Source: a virus (lineage: Duplodnaviria; Caudoviricetes). From it: a stretch of 64,000 bases of DNA. Made by a program: the position numbers and the translations under genes. Below, piece by piece: positions 7,944-16,581 of the stretch (positions are counted from its first letter, which is position 1; the number at the start of each line of letters is the position of its first letter). Where the stretch lies: positions 32,001-96,000 of the IMG/VR virus record IMGVR_UViG_3300033073_000160. One strand, 5' to 3'. The notes under the pieces were generated by a model. It saw only the letters and a list, made by a program, of their open reading frames with translations, did no database searches and was not told the DNA's origin.

Positions 7944-9824
7944 ATGGACTTCAGAAATATACTATCAAAACTTTCTTTATTAGAAGCAATTACAATAGAT
8001 GACGTAAGAGCAGCTATTGGTCAAGAGCAAGACGAACAAAAACGTGCTGCCATCTTAAATGACTTAGCATGGAAAAATAACTTACCAGGTCTTTACGATC
8101 CGGTTAGCGGATATTTTGTGGCAAAACAAAGTCAGCCTACTCCCGGCGAAGGTCGTTATAGTATTGCTGCTACTGCTCGAGAAGCTGACACCCAAGCACT
8201 TGCTAAGATGGGCCTAGTTCCACAAACTGCTAAAACTAGTGCATTAGGCGGATTAGTAGGAACAGGTAGTTTATTTGGTAGCAGCGCAGATAATGCCAAA
8301 GCTGCTCAAGCTGTTAAAGATACAAGTAATAAATTTAATGCAGATGCTACTAGCTCAAAAGTTAACGGTGCAAATGTTAGAAAATTAAACGACTTAGTTG
8401 CTAAACTTACAGGAAAGCCAACCGCTGGGGATAAGATTGCTGCTGATGCCGCAGCATACGATGCTGCCAAAGCAGGAACAGTTCAGCAAGGCGCACAAAA
8501 AGTTCAGCAAGGCGCACAAGCTGCACCCGGTGCAAAATTACCTGCTGATGCAAGAGGTTGGGACTCACAAGTTAAAGAATCATTACACGCTCAGTTGTCT
8601 AATTTACTAAACGAAGAGTTTGGCATTGAGGAGAGAGTTGTCGGCGGGGAAGAAACTCCACCGGGGATTAATCGTTTAACAGGTAAACCTATTGAGCCGC
8701 AAGCTGCGCCATCTGCGCCTGCTGATACACCGGCAGTTGTTCCATTGAGCAAGCGCTTTGATCCTAGATTTAAAAATGGTCCAGAGCCATATACAATCGA
8801 CATCGACGGAACTGTATACAAGTTTGCAGGACGAGACAAGTCTGCACCAGGTGGCGGTGAAGTTATTAAAGTTCCAGCGGCAGTCATTGGAATTCGCGGT
8901 TTAGGTGCAGTTAGCGTAGAGTTAGGCAAAGATGGTTTATACTATGCAGCACCGCAACAAGAATCATTAGCTGAAACAATGGGGTCATTACGTGACTTGT
9001 TAGCAGAGTTAAATGAAGGTCCTGTTGCTAGAGCAACCGGTCGCGAAGTTGCTAAGAAAGGCGCCGAAGTAGCTGCTAAAAACATTGATGACGTAATTGA
9101 CGTTGAAGCAAAATGGATTACAGATCCATCAATGAAAGAAAAACTAAAACAATGGATGGCTGCTAATCCAGGCAAGACTGTTGCTGCTGGTGTAAGCGCA
9201 TTAGGTTTAGCAACTGCGGCCGGTTTAGATGCAAGCGGACGTAAAACTGGAGCCACAGATCCGCGTGTTGCAGGTAATACTCCAGCCGGTGCAACACCTC
9301 CGGCAGCTGGTGCAACACCTCCAGCACAAGGGGCGCAAGCTGCTGATACAGGTGCTGCTACTTCAAGAGGTGCAGCAACAGGTTCGGCTCCGGCTGCAAC
9401 TGGTGGTGCCGATGGCCCAACTGGACAGGCATTAGCTAAGTTAGGCGTTACAAAACAAAATAGACTTGATCAGGCATTTGTTGATAAAGCACTTGGTGCA
9501 GGAAAATACAAAGCAGGAACTGCTCAATCAAACTTAGCACTTCTAGCCCATTTTAAAGCAACCGGTGGTAATAAGCCAGATGCAGCTAAACCAGATGCTG
9601 CGCCAGCTCAAGCCGCTCAGGCAGCACCAACGGGCCCAACACCAGAACAGGCTGAACTAATTAAACAGATTCAAGCTGTAATGATGGACTTGCAAGGTAA
9701 TGACGATGATCCAGTTATTGCCAAAGCATTAAGCGATGCTCAGGCAGCTATTGATAGCGTAGGAAAAGCTCCAGCGGCAGCGGCAGCGCCTGCGGCAGCG
9801 CCTGCGGCAGCACCAGCGCCATAA
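7944..9824 (+). CDS. Ala/Gly/Pro-rich modular protein (MDFRNILSKL N-terminus)
   Basis: 626 aa; low-complexity linkers, LLE/VKE/LNE sites, APAAA tail. Confidence 0.75.
   Translation: MDFRNILSKLSLLEAITIDDVRAAIGQEQDEQKRAAILNDLAWKNNLPGLYDPVSGYFVAKQSQPTPGEGRYSIAATAREADTQALAKMGLVPQTAKTSALGGLVGTGSLFGSSADNAKAAQAVKDTSNKFNADATSSKVNGANVRKLNDLVAKLTGKPTAGDKIAADAAAYDAAKAGTVQQGAQKVQQGAQAAPGAKLPADARGWDSQVKESLHAQLSNLLNEEFGIEERVVGGEETPPGINRLTGKPIEPQAAPSAPADTPAVVPLSKRFDPRFKNGPEPYTIDIDGTVYKFAGRDKSAPGGGEVIKVPAAVIGIRGLGAVSVELGKDGLYYAAPQQESLAETMGSLRDLLAELNEGPVARATGREVAKKGAEVAAKNIDDVIDVEAKWITDPSMKEKLKQWMAANPGKTVAAGVSALGLATAAGLDASGRKTGATDPRVAGNTPAGATPPAAGATPPAQGAQAADTGAATSRGAATGSAPAATGGADGPTGQALAKLGVTKQNRLDQAFVDKALGAGKYKAGTAQSNLALLAHFKATGGNKPDAAKPDAAPAQAAQAAPTGPTPEQAELIKQIQAVMMDLQGNDDDPVIAKALSDAQAAIDSVGKAPAAAAAPAAAPAAAPAP
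8480..8519 (+). repeat. 21-bp-period coding tandem duplication (VQQGAQ x2)
   Basis: agttcagcaaggcgcacaa at 8480 and 8501. Confidence 0.85.
9768..9821 (+). repeat. GC-rich coding repeat (APAAA)n
   Basis: gcggcagcgcct units. Confidence 0.8.
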
Positions 9825-9840
9825 TTAGTTACACTCTAAG

Positions 9841-9867
9841 AATGGCAGATTTATTCTGCCATTTTTT
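9841..9867 (+). terminator. intrinsic terminator
   Basis: aatggcaga-tttat-tctgccatt 9-bp stem followed by a T run, just after the 7944 gene. Confidence 0.85.
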
Positions 9868-9887
9868 ACGACTTTTTATTCTTGGGC

Positions 9888-9916
9888 TTGCTTTTGCAAG
9901 ATAATTAGTATATAAT
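9888..9916 (+). promoter_or_regulatory. sigma70-type promoter
   Basis: TTGCTT-17 bp-TATAAT, then AGGAG SD. Confidence 0.7.
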
Positions 9917-9937
9917 GTTACATCAAAGGAGATACTA

Positions 9938-10195
9938 ATGTCTGGACGTAGTTACGGAGCCGAAGAAAAGGCAAAATTAGAAAGATTAATTAGCGAAGGT
10001 TCTACTGTATTGAGAGAAGTAGAAGACTTGCAAGAAGGGTTAAAAGAAACTGTTAAGGCAGTTGCAGAAGAGCTTCAAATTAAACCAAGCGTTATTAACA
10101 AAGCAATTAAGATTGCCCACAAAGGCGATTGGGCTGCTTACAACGAAGATTGGGAAGAGATTGAAGCTATCTTAGATATTACTAAACGCATATAA
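9938..10195 (+). CDS. small dsDNA-binding protein (T4 DsbA/GapR-like)
   Basis: 85-aa helical protein with an LKE..K.VAEEL.IKPSVINKAIKIAHK pattern; recognised by eye only. Confidence 0.5.
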   Translation: MSGRSYGAEEKAKLERLISEGSTVLREVEDLQEGLKETVKAVAEELQIKPSVINKAIKIAHKGDWAAYNEDWEEIEAILDITKRI

Positions 10196-10491
10196 TGATT
10201 GACACTATCTTTGGGCCAACTATACAATGGATAAAAGATGATTGGGCATCTAACCGTTTACGTTTTATTATTGAGCTCCTTGCTTGGGCTATCTCAATTG
10301 GATGTAGCATCACAATGGCGGTCACGGTTCCCAATCCTCCACTCCTTGCTCTATATCCTATTTGGATCACTGGTTGTGCTATGTATGCTTGGGCTGCTTG
10401 GACTCGTAAATCTTTTGGCATGCTCGCTAATTACATTCTGCTCACCACAATTGATAGTGTTGGGCTGGTAAGGATGCTAAATAATTTATAA
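10195..10491 (+). CDS. small membrane protein (about 3 transmembrane helices)
   Basis: Three hydrophobic segments in 98 aa. Confidence 0.7.
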   Translation: MIDTIFGPTIQWIKDDWASNRLRFIIELLAWAISIGCSITMAVTVPNPPLLALYPIWITGCAMYAWAAWTRKSFGMLANYILLTTIDSVGLVRMLNNL

Positions 10492-10500
10492 GAAAGGTAA

Positions 10501-10545
10501 GCGGGCCATAAACCGCAATGTGGTATTTGCAAGCCATAAATTGCA
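10501..10545 (+). promoter_or_regulatory. tandem RNA hairpins with identical GCCAUAAA loops, putative translational operator of the DNA polymerase gene
   Basis: gcgg-gccataaa-ccgc (10501-10516) and tgcaa-gccataaa-ttgca (10528-10545), directly before AGGAG and the TTG start. Confidence 0.7.
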
Positions 10546-10557
10546 TAGGAGAAAAAT

Positions 10558-13224
10558 TTGAGTTACGTTGACGCATGGTTCAACCGCGATGACGATGTCA
10601 TCAAGATTGTTGAACGCAATAAAAAAGGTGAACGTGAATACAGGGACATCCCCGTAAAGCACACGTTTTACTACAAAGACCCAAAGGGCAAACACCAATC
10701 AATTTACGGAGATCCACTTAGCAGGATTGTCTGTAAAAACACAAAAGAACTACGCAAAGAACAAGCTATCAATTCAGGTAAGCAATTATTTGAAGCTGAT
10801 ATCAATCCGATCTTTGTTTGCTTGTCAGAAAACTATCTTAATCAAGATGCACCAAAACTCAATGTAGCGTTTTGGGATATTGAGGTGGACTTTGATCCAG
10901 AACGTGGCTACGCATCGCCGGATGATGCGTTCATGCCAATTACTGCGATTGCTGTTCACCTACAATGGTTAGACACCCTAGTTTGTTTGGCAGTTCCGCC
11001 AAAAACTATGACTATGGACCAAGCTAAAGAAGCTGTTGCAGAATTTCCTAATACATATTTGTTTGAAAAAGAATCGGACATGTTAGACATGTTCTTAGAT
11101 TTGATTCAAGATGCAGATATCTTAAGTGGTTGGAACAGCGAAGGCTTTGATATGCCGTATACTGTCAACCGCATTACAAAATCACTAAGCAAAGAAGATA
11201 CACGTAGACTATGCTTGTTTGACCAATTTCCTAAGAAACGTGAATACGAAAAGTTTGGTCGCGAGTCAGTTACATACGATCTAGTAGGTCGTGTCCATTT
11301 AGATAGTTTAGAGTTGTATCGCAAATACACATACGAAGAACGACATAGCTATCGACTAGACGCTATTGCAGAATACGAACTAAACGAACGTAAGACGCCA
11401 TACGAAGGATCGCTAGATCAACTATACAATCATGATTTTAAAAAGTTTATTGAATATAACAGACAAGATACTGCGCTGTTGGATAAACTAGATAAAAAGC
11501 TAAAGTTTATTGACCTTGCTAATACGCTGGCACACGAATGCACAGTATTGCTACAAACTACAATGGGCGCTGTTGCCGTTACTGAGCAAGCTATTATTAA
11601 CGAAGCGCATCGTAGAGGATTTCAAGTTCCCAACAGAACTAAAATGGACGATCGAGAAAGCAGCCAGGCGGCAGGTGCTTATGTTGCTTACCCTAAAGAA
11701 GGCATTCACGACTGGATTGGTTCGTTAGATATTAACAGTCTTTATCCGTCAGCTATTCGTGCCCTTAACATGGGGCCAGAAACTATTATTGGTCAGCTAC
11801 GGCCTTCAATGACTGAAGAATACATTCAAGGACAAATGGCTAAAGGCAAATCATTTGCGGCAGCATGGGAAGGTATATTTGGCTCATTAGAGTATACTGC
11901 TGTTATGAATCAAGAAATTGGAACAGAAATTACCATTGACTGGGAAGACGGTTCTAGTGATATGTTGAGTGCCGCAGAAGTATACAGGTTAATCTTTGAA
12001 AGTAATCAGCCGTGGGTAATCAGTGCTAATGGCACTATCTTTACATATGAAAAAGAAGGTATTATTCCCGGATTGCTAAAGCGTTGGTATGCAGAACGTA
12101 AAGAAATGCAGGCCAAACTCAAAGACGCTATTAAAGCAGGTAATAAGATTGAAGAAGAATACTGGGACAAGCGTCAATTGGTTAAGAAGATTAACCTAAA
12201 TAGTTTGTATGGTGCTATTCTTAACCCTGGATGCAGATTCTTTGATAATAGGATCGGACAATCAACTACGCTAACCGGTCGTCAGATTGCAAAGCATATG
12301 GCTGGAAAGGTCAATGAGATCATCACCGGAGAGTTTAATCACGTAGGTAAAGCTATTATTTACGGTGATACTGACTCTTGTTATTTTAGTGCATACAAAA
12401 CATTGCAGAAAGAAATTGATAGCGGGCAATTACCCTGGACTAAAGAAAGTGTTGTTCAACTCTATGACCAGATTGGAGAAGAAGTAAATCAAACTTTCCC
12501 ACAGTTTATGTTAGATGCTTTCCACTGTCCAAAGAGTCGCGGCGAAGTTATCAAAGCAGGACGTGAAATCGTTGGCTCAAAAGCATTGTTCATTACTAAG
12601 AAGCGTTATGCTGTTCTTTACTATGATAAAGAAGGCAAGCGTAGTGACGTAGATGGCAAGCCAGGTAAGATCAAAGCCATGGGTCTTGACCTAAAGCGTA
12701 GTGATACGCCTGAGTTTATCCAAAACTTCTTAAGTGATGTTCTTGAAATGGTGTTAACTGGTAAGACTGAAGAAGAAGTCCTTGATCATATTAGCGAGTT
12801 TAGACTAAAGTTTAAGAGTAGACCGGGTTGGGAGAAAGGTTCCCCGAAACGTGCTAATAAGATTACTGAATACGAAGCTAAAGAAAAGAAAGCAGGTAAG
12901 GCAAATATGCCCGGACATGTTCGTGCTAGCATTAATTGGAATACATTAAAGCGAATGATGAACGACAAATACTCAATGAGTGTTACTGATGGCGCTAAAG
13001 TTATTGTTTGCAAACTTAAACCTAATCCTATCGGGTTTACGTCAGTTGCATATCCGGTAGACGAATTGCGATTGCCGCAATGGTTTAAAGATCTTCCGTT
13101 TGACCATGCAGAAATGGAGCAAACTATTATCGACAACAAGTTAGATAACTTGATCGGTGTATTGAAGTGGGACGTTACTAGCACAGAGGAGAAGAACACT
13201 TTTAATAGCTTGTTCGAGTTCTAA
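10558..13224 (+). CDS. family B DNA polymerase with 3'-5' exonuclease
   Basis: DIEVD, GWNSEGFD, YNRQD (exonuclease); DINSLYPS, KINLNSLYG, YGDTDS, KKRY (polymerase); TTG start with AGGAG SD. Confidence 0.97.
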   Translation: MSYVDAWFNRDDDVIKIVERNKKGEREYRDIPVKHTFYYKDPKGKHQSIYGDPLSRIVCKNTKELRKEQAINSGKQLFEADINPIFVCLSENYLNQDAPKLNVAFWDIEVDFDPERGYASPDDAFMPITAIAVHLQWLDTLVCLAVPPKTMTMDQAKEAVAEFPNTYLFEKESDMLDMFLDLIQDADILSGWNSEGFDMPYTVNRITKSLSKEDTRRLCLFDQFPKKREYEKFGRESVTYDLVGRVHLDSLELYRKYTYEERHSYRLDAIAEYELNERKTPYEGSLDQLYNHDFKKFIEYNRQDTALLDKLDKKLKFIDLANTLAHECTVLLQTTMGAVAVTEQAIINEAHRRGFQVPNRTKMDDRESSQAAGAYVAYPKEGIHDWIGSLDINSLYPSAIRALNMGPETIIGQLRPSMTEEYIQGQMAKGKSFAAAWEGIFGSLEYTAVMNQEIGTEITIDWEDGSSDMLSAAEVYRLIFESNQPWVISANGTIFTYEKEGIIPGLLKRWYAERKEMQAKLKDAIKAGNKIEEEYWDKRQLVKKINLNSLYGAILNPGCRFFDNRIGQSTTLTGRQIAKHMAGKVNEIITGEFNHVGKAIIYGDTDSCYFSAYKTLQKEIDSGQLPWTKESVVQLYDQIGEEVNQTFPQFMLDAFHCPKSRGEVIKAGREIVGSKALFITKKRYAVLYYDKEGKRSDVDGKPGKIKAMGLDLKRSDTPEFIQNFLSDVLEMVLTGKTEEEVLDHISEFRLKFKSRPGWEKGSPKRANKITEYEAKEKKAGKANMPGHVRASINWNTLKRMMNDKYSMSVTDGAKVIVCKLKPNPIGFTSVAYPVDELRLPQWFKDLPFDHAEMEQTIIDNKLDNLIGVLKWDVTSTEEKNTFNSLFEF

Positions 13225-13225
13225 T

Positions 13226-13999
13226 ATGAAAATTATAATCGCAGGGTATGGATTTGTTGGCAAGGCAATTGCCAACGCCCTAAAACCAACACACGATGTA
13301 GTTATTGTAGATCCACAATATACTACAAACGAAATTAAGTATCATCACGATGCAGATGGGTTAATTATATGCGTTAACACTCCTACAGGTGAAAACGGTA
13401 TCATCGATGCTAATAATGTAGCCAATGTGTTAGATAATGTGCCGGTGTTCATGCCGGTGCTGATCAAAAGCACAGTAACTCCGGCAATCATAGATGCATT
13501 TGATGAAATATATCCCGACCTAGCTATTACGTATAGTCCAGAATTCTTACGTGCTAGAACAGCCAATGAAGATTTTTTAAACCAAAAATATGTTGTGCTA
13601 GGCGGAGAAGATCCGGAATGCTTCTGGCAAGAGCTATTCCAATCAACACTACCTAATTGTAAACTAGTTTTAAATTGCACAGCCAAAGAATCCGCTATGG
13701 TAAAGTATACTATAAACTCATTCCTTGCTCTTAAGACAAGTTTCTTTAATCAAATAGCAGACATTTGTGATAACAACGGTTTAGACTATGACATTGTTAG
13801 ACACATTGTTAGCAACGATACACGTATCGGTGCTAGCCACACTATGGTCCCAGGACCAGATGGTGAAAGAGGATGGGGAGGTGCTTGTTTCCCAAAAGAC
13901 ACAGAAGCATTTACACAATGGGCTAGAACTGTTGAACACCCTGTCACTATTTTAGAAGAAGCGATAAATTATAATCGCCGAATTAGAAAAAATGCTTGA
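13226..13999 (+). CDS. UDP-glucose/GDP-mannose dehydrogenase family protein (short form)
   Basis: GYGFVG Rossmann motif, CVNTP, IKSTV, SPEFLR, KY..NSFLA.K, GGACFPKD. Confidence 0.9.
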   Translation: MKIIIAGYGFVGKAIANALKPTHDVVIVDPQYTTNEIKYHHDADGLIICVNTPTGENGIIDANNVANVLDNVPVFMPVLIKSTVTPAIIDAFDEIYPDLAITYSPEFLRARTANEDFLNQKYVVLGGEDPECFWQELFQSTLPNCKLVLNCTAKESAMVKYTINSFLALKTSFFNQIADICDNNGLDYDIVRHIVSNDTRIGASHTMVPGPDGERGWGGACFPKDTEAFTQWARTVEHPVTILEEAINYNRRIRKNA

Positions 14000-14024
14000 C
14001 CTTTGTCAAAAACCTAAGTATAAT
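13996..14024 (+). promoter_or_regulatory. sigma70-type promoter with a TTGAC-N4-GTCAA palindrome on the -35
   Basis: TTGACC-17 bp-TATAAT. Confidence 0.8.
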
Positions 14025-14044
14025 CATAACACATGGAGAATCAT

Positions 14045-14776
14045 ATGAAAGATATTTTACAAGACCTAGTAGCACATACTCACAGCCTAGGTTTCTTACC
14101 ACTAGTTAAAATTACTGGTGCAGAAGATGCAACTCAAATTGAGTCGATGGCCGAAGACCGTTCAGTTGTTGTTACCGCTAAAACTCACACCCCTGTTGAA
14201 GAATTCGAAGGCACATTCGGTATGCCTAATTTAGAAAAACTCAACATTCATTTAAAGTGTCCAGAGTATAAAGAAGATGCTAAGATTAATGTTGTTCGCC
14301 AAACACGAAATAACGAAACTATTCCAACAGGTATTCACTTTGAAAATGCCGCAGGTGACTTTGTTAATGATTATCGTTTTATGAACGCAGAAATTATTAA
14401 CGAAAAACTTAAAACAGTTAAGTTTAAGGGCGCTAAGTGGGATATTGAATTCCAGCCAACAGTTGCTAATATTCAACGCTTAAAGTTTCAAGCAAACGCA
14501 CATAGCGAAGAAACAGTCTTCCAAGTTACAACTAAAGACGACAATTTAATTTTTAGTTTTGGTGACGCAAGCACACACGCAGGTTCATTTACATTCCAAA
14601 GCGGTGTAACTGGTAAACTAAAGCAAACATGGTCATGGCCTGTTGTGCAAATTATGAGTATCCTATCACTGGCAGGTGATGTTACTATGCGTATTTCAGA
14701 TATTGGCGCATTACAAATCACAGTTGACAGCGGTCTTGCTGAATACAACTACACACTACCAGCACAAGCCAAGTAA
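14045..14776 (+). CDS. probable DNA sliding clamp (gp45/PCNA-like)
   Basis: About 243 aa, beta-rich two-domain pattern, YTLPA C-terminus, near polB; ATG at 14045 follows a GGAG SD. Confidence 0.6.
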   Translation: MKDILQDLVAHTHSLGFLPLVKITGAEDATQIESMAEDRSVVVTAKTHTPVEEFEGTFGMPNLEKLNIHLKCPEYKEDAKINVVRQTRNNETIPTGIHFENAAGDFVNDYRFMNAEIINEKLKTVKFKGAKWDIEFQPTVANIQRLKFQANAHSEETVFQVTTKDDNLIFSFGDASTHAGSFTFQSGVTGKLKQTWSWPVVQIMSILSLAGDVTMRISDIGALQITVDSGLAEYNYTLPAQAK

Positions 14777-16311
14777 TGAATAAGAACCTGACAGCAACAC
14801 AGAACGACTACGCATACTTCTTGCCGGCTACGTCAGGTTTCTACTCAACTTTCATAGGTAAACAACGCTATGGAAATTACGTAGATCCTGCTAGAATCCC
14901 GGCAAGTTTTGCTAATGGCGTCGAAAGTCTAAATTACTTAGATCCAGATAAGGGTGCGTTCTACTACGACCATTGTTTGTATTCAGCAGGTCACGCAAAT
15001 TTAGATCTCAACAAGCAAGACGACAGCGAAGATATGTTCCGTAACAGGAACAGAGGAAATAGTTGGGTGTTAGGCGACTCAGGTGGATTCCAGATTGGTA
15101 AAGGTGTTTGGCCTGCTGACTGGAAAGATCCTAATTGCCCTAACGCTATGAAAAAGCGTAGCCAAGTATTAACTTGGATGGACACGCTCATGGATTACGG
15201 TATGATTCTTGATATCCCTGCTTGGGTTGCTCGTAGTCCTGCAGGGTCTAAGGCCACGGGTATTACAACTTACGCAGAAGCTGTTCAAGGAACTTACATT
15301 AATAACGACTATTTTATTAAGAATCGTAATGGCAACTGTAAGTTTTTAAATGTATTACAAGGCGAAAATCATGCGGATGCCGAGGATTGGTATCAACGTA
15401 TGAAGCATTACTGCGATCCTAAAAAGTTTTCTAATCATTTTAATGGTTGGGCAATGGGCGGACAAAATATGTGTGATATACATCTTGTCCTAAAGCGTCT
15501 AGTAGCATTAAGATTCGACGGATTACTAGAGCAAGGTAAACAAGACTGGATGCACTTTTTAGGAACAAGTAAATTAGAATGGGCTGTATTACTAACAGAC
15601 ATTCAACGTGCTGTTCGTAAATATCATAATCCTAACTTTACAATTAGCTTTGACTGTGCCAGTCCATTCTTGGCCACAGCTAACGGACAAATTTATATTA
15701 ACACAGAAACAGACGATCGTGAAAAGTGGGTATATCGTATGCAGGCAAGTGCAGACGATAAAAAATATGCGTCCGATACGAGACTGTTTAAAGATGCCGT
15801 ATTACAAGATGGTATTTTTAATAAATTTGAATCTAGTCCAATTATTGATCAAGTAGCTATAAAAGACATTTGTATATATGGGCCAAATGATGTTAATAAA
15901 CTAGGTAAGGTTGGAAAAACCTCCTGGGATAGTTTTAGCTATGCTATCATGATGGGGCATAACGTATGGATGCACGTTAATGCAGTTCAAGAAGCCAACC
16001 GTCAATATGACGCAGGACGCATTCCAAACATGCTAGTTCAAGAGCAATTTGATCAATTGTTCTTTAAAGATATTGTCGACGCAATATTTGCAACTAGCAA
16101 TCGAAGTGAAGCGGATGCAGTAGTTGAAGAATACAACAAATTTTGGATGAGTATTATTGGAACTCGTGGAGCAACCGGCAAGAAAACGGTTAATGCTCAA
16201 ACATATTCTGGTATTCACTTTGATATCGAAGCAGATTTATCGGACATTAAAAAGCCAGCCAAAGTAGAAACACCAGTCGTTAATACTTTTGCCAATCTAT
16301 TTGACGAATAA
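14776..16311 (+). CDS. dpdA: TGT-fold guanine transglycosylase, DpdA-like (7-deazaguanine insertion into DNA)
   Basis: LGDSGGFQ, MILDIP, NVLQG, GWAMGG, MHFLG, SFDCASP motifs of the TGT family; clustered with folE/queE and replication genes. Confidence 0.75.
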   Translation: MNKNLTATQNDYAYFLPATSGFYSTFIGKQRYGNYVDPARIPASFANGVESLNYLDPDKGAFYYDHCLYSAGHANLDLNKQDDSEDMFRNRNRGNSWVLGDSGGFQIGKGVWPADWKDPNCPNAMKKRSQVLTWMDTLMDYGMILDIPAWVARSPAGSKATGITTYAEAVQGTYINNDYFIKNRNGNCKFLNVLQGENHADAEDWYQRMKHYCDPKKFSNHFNGWAMGGQNMCDIHLVLKRLVALRFDGLLEQGKQDWMHFLGTSKLEWAVLLTDIQRAVRKYHNPNFTISFDCASPFLATANGQIYINTETDDREKWVYRMQASADDKKYASDTRLFKDAVLQDGIFNKFESSPIIDQVAIKDICIYGPNDVNKLGKVGKTSWDSFSYAIMMGHNVWMHVNAVQEANRQYDAGRIPNMLVQEQFDQLFFKDIVDAIFATSNRSEADAVVEEYNKFWMSIIGTRGATGKKTVNAQTYSGIHFDIEADLSDIKKPAKVETPVVNTFANLFDE

Positions 16312-16329
16312 AACCTAGACTGTTATAAT
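16301..16329 (+). promoter_or_regulatory. sigma70-type promoter
   Basis: TTGACG-17 bp-TATAAT; the following ATG at 16336 may give a leaderless mRNA. Confidence 0.75.
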
Positions 16330-16335
16330 CAAAAC

Positions 16336-16581
16336 ATGACATTACCAGACGAAAGATATCGAGCAGTATTATATACTAAGCAGTTCTTACAAGATTTGCT
16401 AGTCATGCCTCGTGTTTCAAAAACAATCAAAGATCATGCTCGGTCTTGTCTTCGACATTACCCCGACACTTGGGATATGCAACAAGCCGCTGAGGCTTGC
16501 CCTCATGTATTTGCAGAACGTATGGAAGAGGTAACTAGACTCTTTAAAAAATACGAACAAGGTAAAATAAATGAAACGTGA
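16336..16581 (+). CDS. hypothetical protein
   Basis: 81 aa, MTLPDERYRA...CLRHYP. Confidence 0.7.
   Translation: MTLPDERYRAVLYTKQFLQDLLVMPRVSKTIKDHARSCLRHYPDTWDMQQAAEACPHVFAERMEEVTRLFKKYEQGKINET

Noticed and set aside
9768-9821. GC-rich tandem repeats as a CRISPR array or origin
   Set aside because: No spacers; they are in-frame codon repeats for an Ala/Pro tail.
10558-13224. Possible intein or intron in the polymerase (extra sequence after DINSLYPS)
   Set aside because: No C/S...HN splice-junction motifs or homing-endonuclease motifs; total length is normal for family B.
14776-16311. Calling the gene a tRNA-guanine transglycosylase (tgt) for queuosine
   Set aside because: It lacks the CxCxxC zinc motif of bacterial Tgt, is longer, is coupled to the clamp gene and carries a polymerase-like tail. 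A DNA-acting DpdA fits better, though this is unproven.
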